Positions 52,897-64,000 of a stretch of 64,000 nucleotides of DNA are shown piece by piece (position 1 is the stretch's first letter; each line of letters opens with the position of its first letter). Under the pieces are notes generated by a model, which was not told the DNA's origin, did not search any database, and was given only the letters and a program-made list of their open reading frames with translations. Location of the stretch: the NCBI RefSeq assembly GCF_006345805.1, contig NC_043015.1:186001-250000 (forward strand), written 5' to 3'. Position numbers and translations under genes: made by a program. The DNA comes from Octopus sinensis. Taxonomy: Eukaryota.

Positions 52897-53380
52897 TTTA
52901 ATCCAAAACAAAGAAAAGAAGACAACAACGCGAGGATGTGGAACAATTAAAGTATTATTGAGCGCTCAGGAAAAAGCGAAGAAGGAGGGTATGACGTTTC
53001 GAGCGGAGCTCTCGTCGTGGAAACATAGGAGAAAGAAAGATCCCGAGGTGGGAGGACAGAGGGAACACACATTACATATATCGACCTTAGTTATATACAC
53101 CAAGAATGCAGACTCATATATATATATAATATATATAATATATAATATATTTAATCCAAACAAGAAAACAGAAAGACAACAACGCGAGGATGTGGAACAA
53201 TTAAAGTATTATTTAGCGCTCAGGAAAAGCGAAGAAGGAGGGTATGACGTTTCGAGCGGAGCTCTTCGTCGGAAACATAGGAGAAAGAAAGATCCCGAAA
53301 TGGGAGGACAGAGGGAAACACATACATATATCGACCTTAGTTATATACACCAAGAATGCAGACTCATATATATATATATA
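52897..53380. repeat. Tandem dimer of a ~253-bp unit bounded by (TA)n
   Basis: TTTAATCCAAA...GAATGCAGACTC-(TA)n at 52897 and again at 53150; near-identical copies. Confidence 0.92.
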
Positions 53381-53431
53381 TATGAGTCTGCATTCTTGCT
53401 GTATATAACTAAGGTCGATATATGTATGTGT
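53318..53431. repeat. Near-perfect palindrome centred on (TA)n
   Basis: CACATACATATATCGACCTTAGTTATATACACCAAGAATGCAGACTC-(AT)n-its reverse complement, with one mismatch. Confidence 0.93.
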
Positions 53432-53807
53432 ATATTTATATCTTCAAAAAAAATATCATTGAGAATACGTTCGAAATTTCCCCTTTTACGGTGCATTAAC
53501 ATGCTGGGGCTTCGCTTTGAAGAAAGACTTTGCCTTTTTCTTTTAGCCAAAAATTTCGAACTTAGTACTTTATTTTTCAAAACCTGGTAACGTATTCTAT
53601 CGGTTACTTTTGCCGAACTACTAACTTAACTGGACGTCATCAAACCAATACCGGTTGTCATGTTGACTGAAATTGTCTAATGACTTATTGTGCCGAAAAT
53701 ATTCTCAAATATATACACACATATGTGTGTATATATATTTACATATATCTATATGTGAGTATGTATATATAATTGCGTATATATGTATGTATATATATAT
53801 ATATATG

Positions 53808-53844
<37 letters not shown>

Positions 53845-54759
53845 GCATTTACGTATATGTGTACGTATGTGTGAATTAACTTCCTAAATTATATATTGAT
53901 CCGTTTAGTTTTACTTTAATTAGTAATAAATTCAATTTATATTTAGCATTAGTGAGATATAGCGCACTTTTAAGCAAGGATTATTCTATTTCTGAAGAAA
54001 GATACCATTAGTAATCTCAACCATTTCTCGTTAATTATTGATGATACTATTTAATTTTCAAACTGTGAAATACTAGTCTTTATACTGTTCACGTAACAAA
54101 TTTTGTATAATCGGCTTCGAAAATGTGAATTATTTTCTTCTTCCAATTTTAGTTGCTTTCTCGCGTTGTACCTATACAGTTTCAGACACGCAAACATACT
54201 TGTATATGTGTGGGTGTGTGAATTTTCATGAGTGAATGTATGTGTTTGCGTGTGTGTGTATGTGTGCGTGTGTATGTGGGGGGGGGGGTTAATCAAGGAT
54301 AAGCAAATAGAAATAACTCAAATTAGTCGTTTGTAAGTACTTGAAGAGCGTGGTCAATTTTCAGTTAAATCAAATGACGTACAGCATAAATCCGTGTTTT
54401 CTTAAAACGATATGAGTTTGTAGAAGTTGTTTTATAATTACCAAAGAGCAAATGAGACCATTTTTATATGATAAAACGATGTAATCTCGAGAATAATGAC
54501 TTCTCCAGACTTGACATGCTATTAGCGGAAAGGAGGGCTTTTTTGTCTGGAAATTACAGGAGAGTCATGGACACAAGTTTCCGCCTCAGCGTCTACATCA
54601 GTACGACAATTGTCATATATAATCTCAAGTAACTAAGGGACTTAAGCGTTTACAGAAGAGAAGAAACGTTTAAGCCCTTAGAAATTTGTATAATTAAACA
54701 TAATTGAGACGAAAACTTCCAAGTTCTAAGTAGAGGTGGCAGAAATATTGGGTTCATAA

Positions 54760-55192
54760 AACGACGAGCTGGCAGAAAAGTTAGCACGCCGGGTGAAATA
54801 ATTAGCGTTATTTCGTCTGTGTTTATGTTCTGAGTTCAAATTCCACCGAGGTCGAATTTGCCTTTCATCTTTTTTCGAGGTCGATAAATTAAGAACCAGT
54901 TACGTACAGGGGGCGATGTAATTGACTGTCCCCAGCCACCCCAAAACTTTAGGGCCTTCTGCCTAGAGTAGAAAAGAATAAAGGCGGCGAGCTGGTAGAA
55001 ACGTTAGCACGCCGGGCGAAATGCTTTGCGTTATTTCGTCTTTACGTTCTGAGTTTAAATTCCGCCGAGGTCGACTTTGCTTTTCATCCTTTCGGGGTCA
55101 ATAAGTTAAGTACCAGTTATGTACTGGAGTTGATCTAATCGACTGGCCCTCTTCCCCAAAATTTCCAGCTTTGCGTCTAGAGTAGAAAAGAA
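54760..55192 (+). mobile_element. Two tandem SINE family A copies with the short GTAGAAAAGAAT tail
   Basis: Heads at about 54760 and 54980; both end AGAGTAGAAAAGAA. Confidence 0.85.
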
Positions 55193-55558
55193 ATATTGGG
55201 TTCAAATTTTGGTACAAGGCAGCAATTGCAGGGACGAATTCCGGCCTTCTACTATATCGACCGTTGTGATCAGTTGGTACTTATTTTGTCCACCCAATAC
55301 TCTTGTGATATAGTAATTTGAATATATAGTTACACACACACACAACCCTACACACAAATATAATTACTTATGTCTACATGCATAATGTATGTATGTTGTA
55401 TGTATGCATGTATGTATATATGTATGTATGTATGCATGTATGTATGCATGTATGTATGTATGTATGTATGTATACCTCTCCCTCCCTCTCTCAGAGTTTA
55501 TCTATTTGTCCGGGCATTTGATTATGTATGTATGTATGCATGTATGTATGTATATATA

Positions 55559-55780
55559 TTTCTTTACTACCCACAAGGGGCCAAACACAGAGGGGACAAA
55601 CAAGGACAGACAAAGAGATTAAGTCGATTACATCGACCCCAGTGCGCAACTGGTACTTAATATATCGACCCCGAAAGGATGAAAAGCAAAGTCGACCTCG
55701 GCGGAACTTGAGCTCGGAACATAAGGACAGATGAAATACGGCTACGCATTTCGCCCGGTTTCTTCCAGCTCGCCGCCTTA
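55559..55780 (-). mobile_element. SINE family A, monomer
   Basis: Reverse complement of the A consensus, flanked by (TATG)n. Confidence 0.88.
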
Positions 55781-56630
55781 TGTATGTATATATGCATGCA
55801 TGTATATACGTATGTATGTATGTATGTATGTATGTATGTATGTATGTATGTATGTATGTATGTATGTATGCATGTATGTATATACGTATGTATGTATGTA
55901 TGTATGTATGTATGTATGTATGTATGTATGTATGTATATACGTATGTATATACGTATGTATGTATGTATTATGTAGCTGTTTATTTATCTGTTTGTTTGT
56001 CTGCCTACCTATCTATCTATATATATATACACATATACGCCCAAAGGAAAACTCACACAAATACATATTCTGGAAAATATTAAAATGAATATTCCAATAC
56101 ACTAACAAAATTGCGACCGATCCTATTCACTTATTCTTTTATTTGTTTTGAAATTTAGCCGCATTCTGATTTTGTGTGTGTGTGTGTGTGTGTAATATTT
56201 AAGGGTGATCTTTTGTTTGCAAACAAATTAACGAAGGCGTAGCTTGTATAGCATTCGTGAATAGGATTTATGAAGCATGATCGATCTCAGAAACCGAAAT
56301 TAATGTAAGGAATACATACACTTAATGTTGGGAATACACATACAGTGACACACAGAGGCAAGCATACGCACACACACACACACAGATACACACTCAAACG
56401 CACACACATACAAGTATAAGATTCTGTGGAATTATTACGGATAGAGTTCGTTCATTAGAAAAAATTTGGAATTTACAGACATTATCTACCACGGTGTTAA
56501 TATAACGCACACTGAAATATTGCGTTGCATTTTTAGTTATTTTAAAAAATAAAACAAAGTAATTTAGCAATATCATTGGTAAGCTTTAGAATTCAAGCCA
56601 TTATTTCTTTCCACACAGTGAATTAGTCAG

Positions 56631-56793
56631 TTGCTCTGTCTTTTGCGGGTTTGAGAATATAAAGTCAAGGTTTCGATTAATGGACCGGGTAAAAGAGCTC
56701 TAGTACATGCATACACGCCTGTAGAGGTCTTTTATCCGGTCCATTAATCGAAACCTTGACTTTATATTCACAAATCCGCAGGTGACAGAGCAA
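56631..56793. repeat. Fold-back hairpin (MITE-like), arms about 72 bp, 19-nt loop
   Basis: TTGCTCTGTC...GAATATAAAGTCAAGGTTTCGATTAATGGACCGG...CTCTA, loop 56703-56721, then the reverse complement. Confidence 0.88.
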
Positions 56794-56796
56794 AAG

Positions 56797-56829
<33 letters not shown>

Positions 56830-57147
56830 TGTATGTATGTATGAATATATGTGTGTGTTTGTGTACTTAGAAAAGGATGCGTGGCGTTCGATCATACAAT
56901 AACATAAATAATATATAAATATATGCATATATACATACACATATGTACACACCTACATCTATATGTATATATACATGCATATATGGGTACAGGACATAAA
57001 AAAATACGTAGATACAATAAGAAACGAAAACATAAAAACAAAAAAAATGGAAACGATCTTTTTTTCAAACAACGAAAACCAGAGTACAAGATATAAAACA
57101 TAAGGAATATTCCCCTTCTTCAGTTGTCCCTGGTTCGTCTACTCCGC

Positions 57148-57194
57148 GTGGATTTAGTAGACAGAAACAGAAAGAATCCCGTCGTATATCTATA

Positions 57195-57265
<71 letters not shown>

Positions 57266-57478
57266 TGTGTCTGTGTTTGTCCCCCCACCATTGCTTGCCA
57301 ACCAATGTTGCTGTGTTCACGTCGCCGTAAATTAGCGATTCGGCGAAAGAGTCCGATAGAATAAGTACTAAGTTTACAAAGAATCAGTCCTGGGGTAGAT
57401 TTATTCGACTAAAGGCGGTGCTCCAGCATGGCCGCAATCAAATGACTGAAACAAATAAAATAAGAAAAGAATAAAAGG
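57148..57478 (+). mobile_element. SINE family B, 5'-truncated
   Basis: Matches 59537-59950; long internal (TG)n. Confidence 0.85.
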
Positions 57479-57486
57479 TTTTTGAA

Positions 57487-57772
57487 TTGGCATTCCGACG
57501 GTTACGACGACGGGGTTTCCGCTTGATCCGATCAACAGAACAGCCTGCCCTTGAAATTAATTCGGAAGTGGCTGAGTAACCCACAGACATGCGTACCCTG
57601 AAATTATTTCCAACAGAGATCCAGTGCAACACAGAATTTAACAAGGCTAGCCCTTTGAAATACAGGTACAAAACATTTTTACTAGGTAACGGATTGGAAC
57701 AACATGAACTAAGTGTCTTGCTCAAGGACACAACGCATCGAACCGAATATTCAAGCGATTAAGCCACGTGTC
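57487..57772 (-). mobile_element. SINE family C, degenerate
   Basis: Reverse complement of 47274-47600. Confidence 0.8.
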
Positions 57773-57957
57773 TATACACGGCTAATATATATGCACGTGT
57801 AGTATACATGAATGGATTTCTCTGTTATTAAACGTCTATATGTATTCACACATGGGTAAATTTACAATATACACCACGGTGAATATATATTTACAGAATT
57901 TTTTGTGTAGGTACAATTTTCAAATACGTACAAGTTTCTTTATATGCATGCATATGC

Positions 57958-58296
57958 TGAGACCCTCTTCGGTCATGACTGAACACGGGATTGCACCTAG
58001 GAAGATACCCTCCCAGATAAAAGTCCCGGCAAGGTAGTTTATGGAAGACCAGCAGTCGCCCATGTATACCGGCCTTTCCTCTCCACGCCACCAGTGTTAT
58101 CCAAAGGAAAGGCAAACGCCGATACAGCTTGGCACCTATGACGTCGCAACTTATTTCTACCGCTGAGTGAACTGGAGAAATGTGAAATAAAGTGTCTTGC
58201 TCAAGAACACAACACACAACTCGGTCCTGGATTCGAACTCACAACCTCACGATCGTAAGCTCGACGCTCTAACCACTGTGCTATGCGCCTTCACAT
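57958..58296 (-). mobile_element. SINE with head C and a different tail (E)
   Basis: Minus strand GAAGGCGCATAGCACAGTGGTTAG...TTGAGCAAGACACTTTATTTCAC is shared with C, then an unrelated tail ...GCAATCCCGTGTTCAGTCATGACCGAAGAGGGTC. Confidence 0.85.
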
Positions 58297-59065
58297 GCAT
58301 GTATATACACATATTTTTACACGCATATGAAGAAGCGTGTACTGTTGTGTCTGGGGACAATCTTTTTCTTTTTGTGCTTTATTTAACACACTCACCGGTA
58401 AAATTTCCTGAACTCTCATAAAGAATCTTGCAAACCAATTCCAAAAACGAAAGAAGCGTGTACTTCTTTGATAATTGTACGTACGTCAATCATATATTGG
58501 ATTATAATTCTTCGTTGATACGCCATTTTTCATTTCTCTTTCTCTCTTCTTTCATCTCAACATCCCCATGCTAATCTCTCACCGCCATTTTGTATATGAT
58601 AAAATATATGTGCATTTATATATAAATACATTTAAATGCGAAATGGTGGTGTATAAACACGAATAAAGATATATATGTGCGTGTAGGTGTATTTATATAT
58701 GTGTGTGTTACTTGTGTGCATGTGTGTTGTAGTGTGTGATGATCTTCTTGTCTCTCTCTTTGCTTTGCTTTTGGGGAAAACCCTCTTGCAAACAAGAGTC
58801 GTACAATGGGCGTCTACTGGAGATAAACCACTCGGATTCAGTCAACATACATATATGTATTACATATATATATATATATATATATTTATGTGTGTATGTA
58901 TATATTTATATATATATATATATATGTGTCTGTGTGTATATATATACATATATATACATATGTATGTATATATATATATATATATGTATGTATATATATA
59001 TGTATATATGTATATATATATATAAATACTTACATACAAATATATTATCTATATCTATAAATACT

Positions 59066-59102
<37 letters not shown>

Positions 59103-59140
59103 ATATATATACATATATACATATGTATGTATGTATGTAT

Positions 59141-59182
<42 letters not shown>

Positions 59183-59242
59183 ATATGTATATATATATAA
59201 ATACTTACATACAAAATATTATCTATATCTATAAATACTTAC

Positions 59243-59279
<37 letters not shown>

Positions 59280-59536
59280 TATACATACACATACACACAT
59301 ATATATATATATAAAGACAAGAATGATATTACTACATTCATTGAAATCTTTAAAGTGCAGCACCATACTACCTGTATACATCAACCTGTATAAAATGAAT
59401 GAATTCCACGTTTAGGCTGAACGAGTGTAATGTACTTTTTCCGTTTAGTCTTTGATTAGATTTGATCCAACGTACCTGTGGCCAAACGCATTCTTACCTT
59501 GGTCATTTAATCATATATTTATTGTTTTTCAAGACT

Positions 59537-59950
59537 AGGCGCAGGAGTGGCTGTGTGGTAAGTAGCTTGCTAACCAACCACATAGTTCCGGGTTCAGTCC
59601 CACTGCGTGGCATCTTGGGCAAGTGTCTTCTGCTCTAGCCCCGGGCCGACCAATGCCTTGTGAGTGGATTTGGTAGACGGAAACTGAAAGAAGCCTGTCG
59701 TATATATGTATATATATATGTGTGTATGTGTGTTTGTGTGTGTGTGTGTTTGTCCCCCAAACATCGCTTGACAACCGATGCTGGTGTGTTTATGTCCCCG
59801 TCACTTAGCGGTTCGGCAAAAGAGACCGATAGAATAAGTACTGGGCTTACAAAGAATAAGTCCTGTGGTCGATTTGCTCGACTAAAAAAGGCGGTGCTCC
59901 AGCATGGCCGCAGTCAAATGACTGAAACAAGTTAAAGAGTAAAAGAGTAA
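59537..59950 (+). mobile_element. SINE family B, complete
   Basis: tRNA-like head, CTTGGGCAAGTGTCTTCT, internal TA/TG microsatellite, tail CCAGCATGGCCGCAGTCAAATGACTGAAACAAG-(TAAAAGAG)n. Confidence 0.92.
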
Positions 59951-60004
59951 AAGATTATCTAAGCTTATATTACACAATACTCTCTTAACTCTTTTTAAGA
60001 CATC

Positions 60005-60190
60005 GATAATGAGTCTGAAGAAGATCGATAACGATAATGAGTCTGAAGAAGATCGATATCGATAATGAGTCTGAAGGAGACTGACATTGATAATGAGTCT
60101 GAGAAGATCGATAACGATAATGAGTCTGAAGAAGATCGATATCGATAATGAGTCTGAAGGAGACTGACATTGATAATGAGTCTGAAGAAA
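60005..60190. repeat. 28-bp minisatellite with a higher-order ABC-ABC pattern
   Basis: Units GATAATGAGTCTGAAG(A/G)AGA... start at 60005, 60033, 60061, 60089, 60116, 60144 and 60172. Confidence 0.95.
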
Positions 60191-60271
60191 TGTGAACGAG
60201 TTTTGTCTCGTAGAACTATTGTTGTTGGGATGATACATAATACAGTACTATACTCTAGAGAAAGCCTATTC

Positions 60272-60660
60272 ACCAGAAAGTGGAAGCGTAATGGCCCAGT
60301 GGTTAGGGCAGCGGACTCGCGGTCGTAGGATCGCGGTTTCTATTCCCAGACCGGGCGTTGTGAGTGTTTATTGAGCGAAAACACCTAAAGTTCCACGAGG
60401 CTCCGGCAGGGATGGTGGTGATCCCTGCTGTACTCTTTCACCACAACTTTCTCTCACGCTTACTTCCTGTTTCTGTTGTACCTGTATTTCAAAGGGCCGG
60501 CCTTGTCACTCCCTGTGTCACGCTGAATATCCCCGAATACTACGTTAAGGGTACACGTGTCTGTGGAGTGCTCAGCCACTTACACGTTTATTTCACGAGC
60601 AGGCTGTTCCGTTGATCGGATCAACCGGAACCCTCATCGTCGTAACCGACGGAGTGCTTC
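60272..60660 (+). mobile_element. SINE with head D and tail C
   Basis: Head matches 31762-32055; the 3' half from GTTGTACCTGTATTTCAAAGGGCCGG matches 47274-47600. Confidence 0.88.
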
Positions 60661-60687
60661 CATCCATTCATCAGAAAATATGTAAAG

Positions 60688-60960
60688 TAATCATCATCAG
60701 TGTTCGAACGTGGTCGATACAATGGAATTTACTATGTTACGTCAGACTTCACGGTCCATCATTGCATTACGGAGGTCCTGTTGCTGGATGCCTGTATCCC
60801 TGGAGATTACATCAGGGTAGGAGAGTGTGTCAGTGGGGTAGAAAGGGCTCCTTAGCCGTAGTGAAAGCAATCTGTCTAGGGAGATGACCTTACAATAAAT
60901 CACTCGGTCCGTATCTTAGACATACTGTGTTGACGTCCAGCGAGAACAGCTTTGTTTCAT
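60688..60960 (-). mobile_element. 3' fragment of an RTE-type LINE with a (TGA)n tail
   Basis: Minus strand LSYPDVISRDTGIQQQDLRNAMMDREV*RNIV...FEH* followed by TGATGATGAT. Confidence 0.75.
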
Positions 60961-61937
60961 GGAGGAAGAAAGATCTTCATTAGTGCACACACATTATTAG
61001 CGCGCACACATTAGTAGCCATTTTAAAAGACTAAAACTGTAAAGTAAAGGTTCCCCACTTCATGTAAGAATTTCGTCGCTTAGCTTCCATTATTTTCTGT
61101 GTCAATATCGAAGTCAAATATTTCATTTTCTATGAAAGTCCAGTGTCTCTGCGTCAATTAACTTCTGTGATGGTAAATTTAAATGCATTCCTATCAAACA
61201 CCAGTTGTAATTAGGAAAAAATTAAGCCTTATGGACTTCGATTTTACCTGTGTAATTCCGTATTGCGTAAATAAGATGTCAGTAAATTTGTATTCTGTTG
61301 TGTCTGGGGAGAGTTATTTTCTTTTTGTGCCTTATTATGTAACACATTCACCGGTAAAATTTCCACTTATTTCTTATTTTTATTTTCCTAAAATTTTCGT
61401 TGCGTCATGCAACCTTTTCAATAGTTTTACGTAAAGTAAATTTGTATTTTTTCCCAATCATCGTTTTAACTATCGGATCATTCAGTTTCTTGACTGTTTC
61501 TTCATCTCATCACTCCCATTCTTAAGTACTTCTGGATGTCAGGATAAGTTTCAGAAGCTTAGTATCAAGAGCCTGTACAAATTCCTCGTATGAATGACTT
61601 CTGGCATTTTCATTTGAATCCTGGTCTTTGGACTGAAGTTTTCTTATGTGTTCTTCATAGCGTTAATCTAATTATGGAACTCAATAAAGAGAATTTTCAT
61701 TTACATACACATAATTATTCCATTTGTTCATTATTTGTTGCCAGTTATGCATAGGATGCGTTAAAGAAATAGGCAAAAATTCAGTTGCAATGGAATTTCA
61801 ACTGAAAATTTAAGGTTCCCTGACAAACAGTCGAAATCTGTTCTGCTTTCTTTGTTCTTCTCCTCCAACACACTCCAAATTTCTAAATAATTATTTCCAG
61901 TATACATATACATTTTCAAGACTACATATAAATGTTT

Positions 61938-62243
61938 AAGCGCAGGAGTGGCTTCGTTGTAAGTAGCTGGCTTACCAAACATATGGTTCCGGGTTCAGTC
62001 ACATTACGTGACTTCTTTTTTTTTTCTTTATGGCCCACAAGGGGCTAAACATAGAGGGGACAAACAAGAACAGACAAAGAAATTAAATCGATTATATCAA
62101 CCCCAGTGCGTAACTGGTACTTAATTTATCGACCCCCGAAATGATGAAAGGCAAAGTCGACCTCGGCGGAATCTGAACTCAGAACGTAGCGACAGACGAA
62201 ATACCGCCAAGCATTTCGCCCGGCGTGCTAGCGTTTCTGCCAG
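61938..62243. mobile_element. SINE B head (+, 61938-62012) abutting SINE A (-, 62024-62243)
   Basis: Direct matches to the other copies. Confidence 0.85.
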
Positions 62244-62412
62244 TGGACATTGCTTAGAAAATATTTTTCATTTTTAACCTCGTATATAGTGCGCACTAGG
62301 GATTTTGACCTTTAAATTTTAGGGAAAAAATGCGGTTATACTCGAGAATTTACGGTACGTTCTTCAACAGATGAATAAACTATTCGAAATGCAGTTTCAA
62401 TAGATTGCGTTT

Positions 62413-63162
62413 GAAAATTAAAAACGAGAAAAACAGTAATGAAAGCAATTTCAATAGCTAGAGTCTCTTTACTGAAAGATATGTCGGGTAAAGGATGGTC
62501 TAGGGTTAAAAGTAACAAGAACGAGAATAACAAACAATACCCTTTTCACATCTATATACATTTGCTGGATGATGTACAGGTAATTTTACTGTGCTGGTCC
62601 TGAGTGAGTTAAGTGGATGTCTTACTGGATTTTACTATATATATGCAAGCATACTATTTACTTGTTTCAGTCATGTGACTGTGGCCATGCAGGAGCACGG
62701 CTTTTAGTCGAGCAAATCGACCCCAGGACTTATTCTTTGTAAGCCTAGTACTTATTCCATCGGTCTCTTTTGCCAAACCGCTAATTTACGAGGACGTAAA
62801 CGCACCAGCATCGGTTGTCAAGCGATGTTGGGGGGACAAACACAGGCACACACACATATATATATACACATATATAAGACGGGCTTCTTTCAGTTTCCGT
62901 CTACCAATTCCACTCACAAGTGCATCTGAAAATTGAAAACGGAAAAAAACAGTAATGAAATCAATGGTAATAGCTGGAGTCTTTTTACATGAAAGATATG
63001 TCGGGTGAAGTATGATCTAGGGTTAAAAGTAACAAGAACGTGAATAACAAACAACACCCTTTTCACCTCTATATACATTTGCTGGATGCTGTAAAGGTAA
63101 TTTTGCTGTGTTGGTTCTCAATGAGTTAAATGGATGTATTGATGTTTCTCACTGTATTTTAC
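62413..63162. repeat. Diverged direct duplication of ~225 bp (62413-62637 and 62929-63162) separated by a minus-strand SINE B (62652-62920)
   Basis: Both copies contain AAACAGTAATGAAA...GAAAGATATGTCGGGT...CTAGGGTTAAAAGTAACAAGAAC...CATTTGCTGGATG..GTA.AGGTAATTTT. Confidence 0.88.
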
Positions 63163-63628
63163 TGAATACTTTGTTACTAGAAGAAAGCTGTACAAAGAAA
63201 GGCTTCCTAAAAGTATTATCTCCCCTAGACACATTTAGATTATATGGTTGTCTTCGCCAGAGGGCTTCACCAAGGAAAAATGAGAAAACTAAAGCGAATG
63301 AGAAAAACTCTCACTAAAGCAACAAGAGACAAGCGCACGTACACACATGTAGGTATGAGTAAATGTAACTATACATATGTATGTAAAAAGAGAGTGATTC
63401 AGAGATAAATATGCAATTTGATATCCATATACGTGCCTGTATTTAAATATCTACACGCGCAAAGTTACATCCATATCAATATACGGCGACAGTTATATGC
63501 TTACTTAAGGATGTATTTTCACTTGTAATATGTCTCACAAAAGTAGATATTTCGATTATGACGTCCACAAGACAAGAACGATTAGAAGTGAGAAACTGAG
63601 AGAAGAGATTGATTGGAGCGTCATCAAA

Positions 63629-63713
<85 letters not shown>

Positions 63714-64000
63714 GTATGTATATATACATATATGTATATATTTATATATATATACATCATATATGTGCGAGTATGTATATATATATATATATATATTGTA
63801 TATATAACATATATATACATGTATAATAATATTATACATATATATTAGATATATACATATATATTTAGATATGTACATATCAAGATATATGCAGTCCTCA
63901 GGCAATTTAGGGTTATACCTACCTACAAACATACATAAGTACATATTCATAATCATATATATCTATATATATGTTGTGTGTGTGTGTGTGTATGTATATA

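Noticed and set aside
52958-53590. 210-aa ORF over the tandem dimer
   Set aside because: It reads through the duplicated unit, TA tracts and a palindrome; no domain.
60005-60190. CRISPR array
   Set aside because: Contiguous units without unique spacers, no cas genes, and a eukaryotic context.
892-63956. Numerous 60-200 aa ORFs rich in YI, CV, HT, YLSI, MYVC, poly-I or poly-F
   Set aside because: They are translations of TA, TG, TATC, TATG, ATT and CTT microsatellites, not genes.

Overview
AT-rich eukaryotic DNA, probably intronic or intergenic, dominated by microsatellites and mobile elements. The repeat landscape (dense TA/CA/GATA/TATG/ATT microsatellites and several abundant tRNA-headed SINE families) suggests a coleoid cephalopod, probably Octopus; this is an inference. 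No host protein-coding gene can be called with confidence. Most ORFs in the supplied track are microsatellite translations. Recognisable coding relics are all from mobile elements: a near full-length Tx1-like L1-clade retrotransposon (36441-41670, minus), a Tc1-like DNA transposon (51496-52751), a Penelope-like element (about 43765-44665), and CR1-, RTE- and R4-like LINE fragments. Non-coding elements include three non-autonomous Helitrons (two in head-to-tail tandem), more than 20 SINE copies built from interchangeable heads and tails, and several fold-back palindromes. The two most interesting signals are (1) the Tx1-like element sitting between two co-oriented (TATC)n tracts, a candidate GATA-microsatellite-targeting retrotransposon, and (2) several unrelated short repeat families carrying hammerhead-ribozyme-like motifs, including a tandem dimer and copies with 14-bp target-site duplications, which may be a retrozyme-like or Penelope-dependent non-autonomous system. 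SINE family labels A-E are my own working labels. Coordinates of degenerate repeats are approximate.
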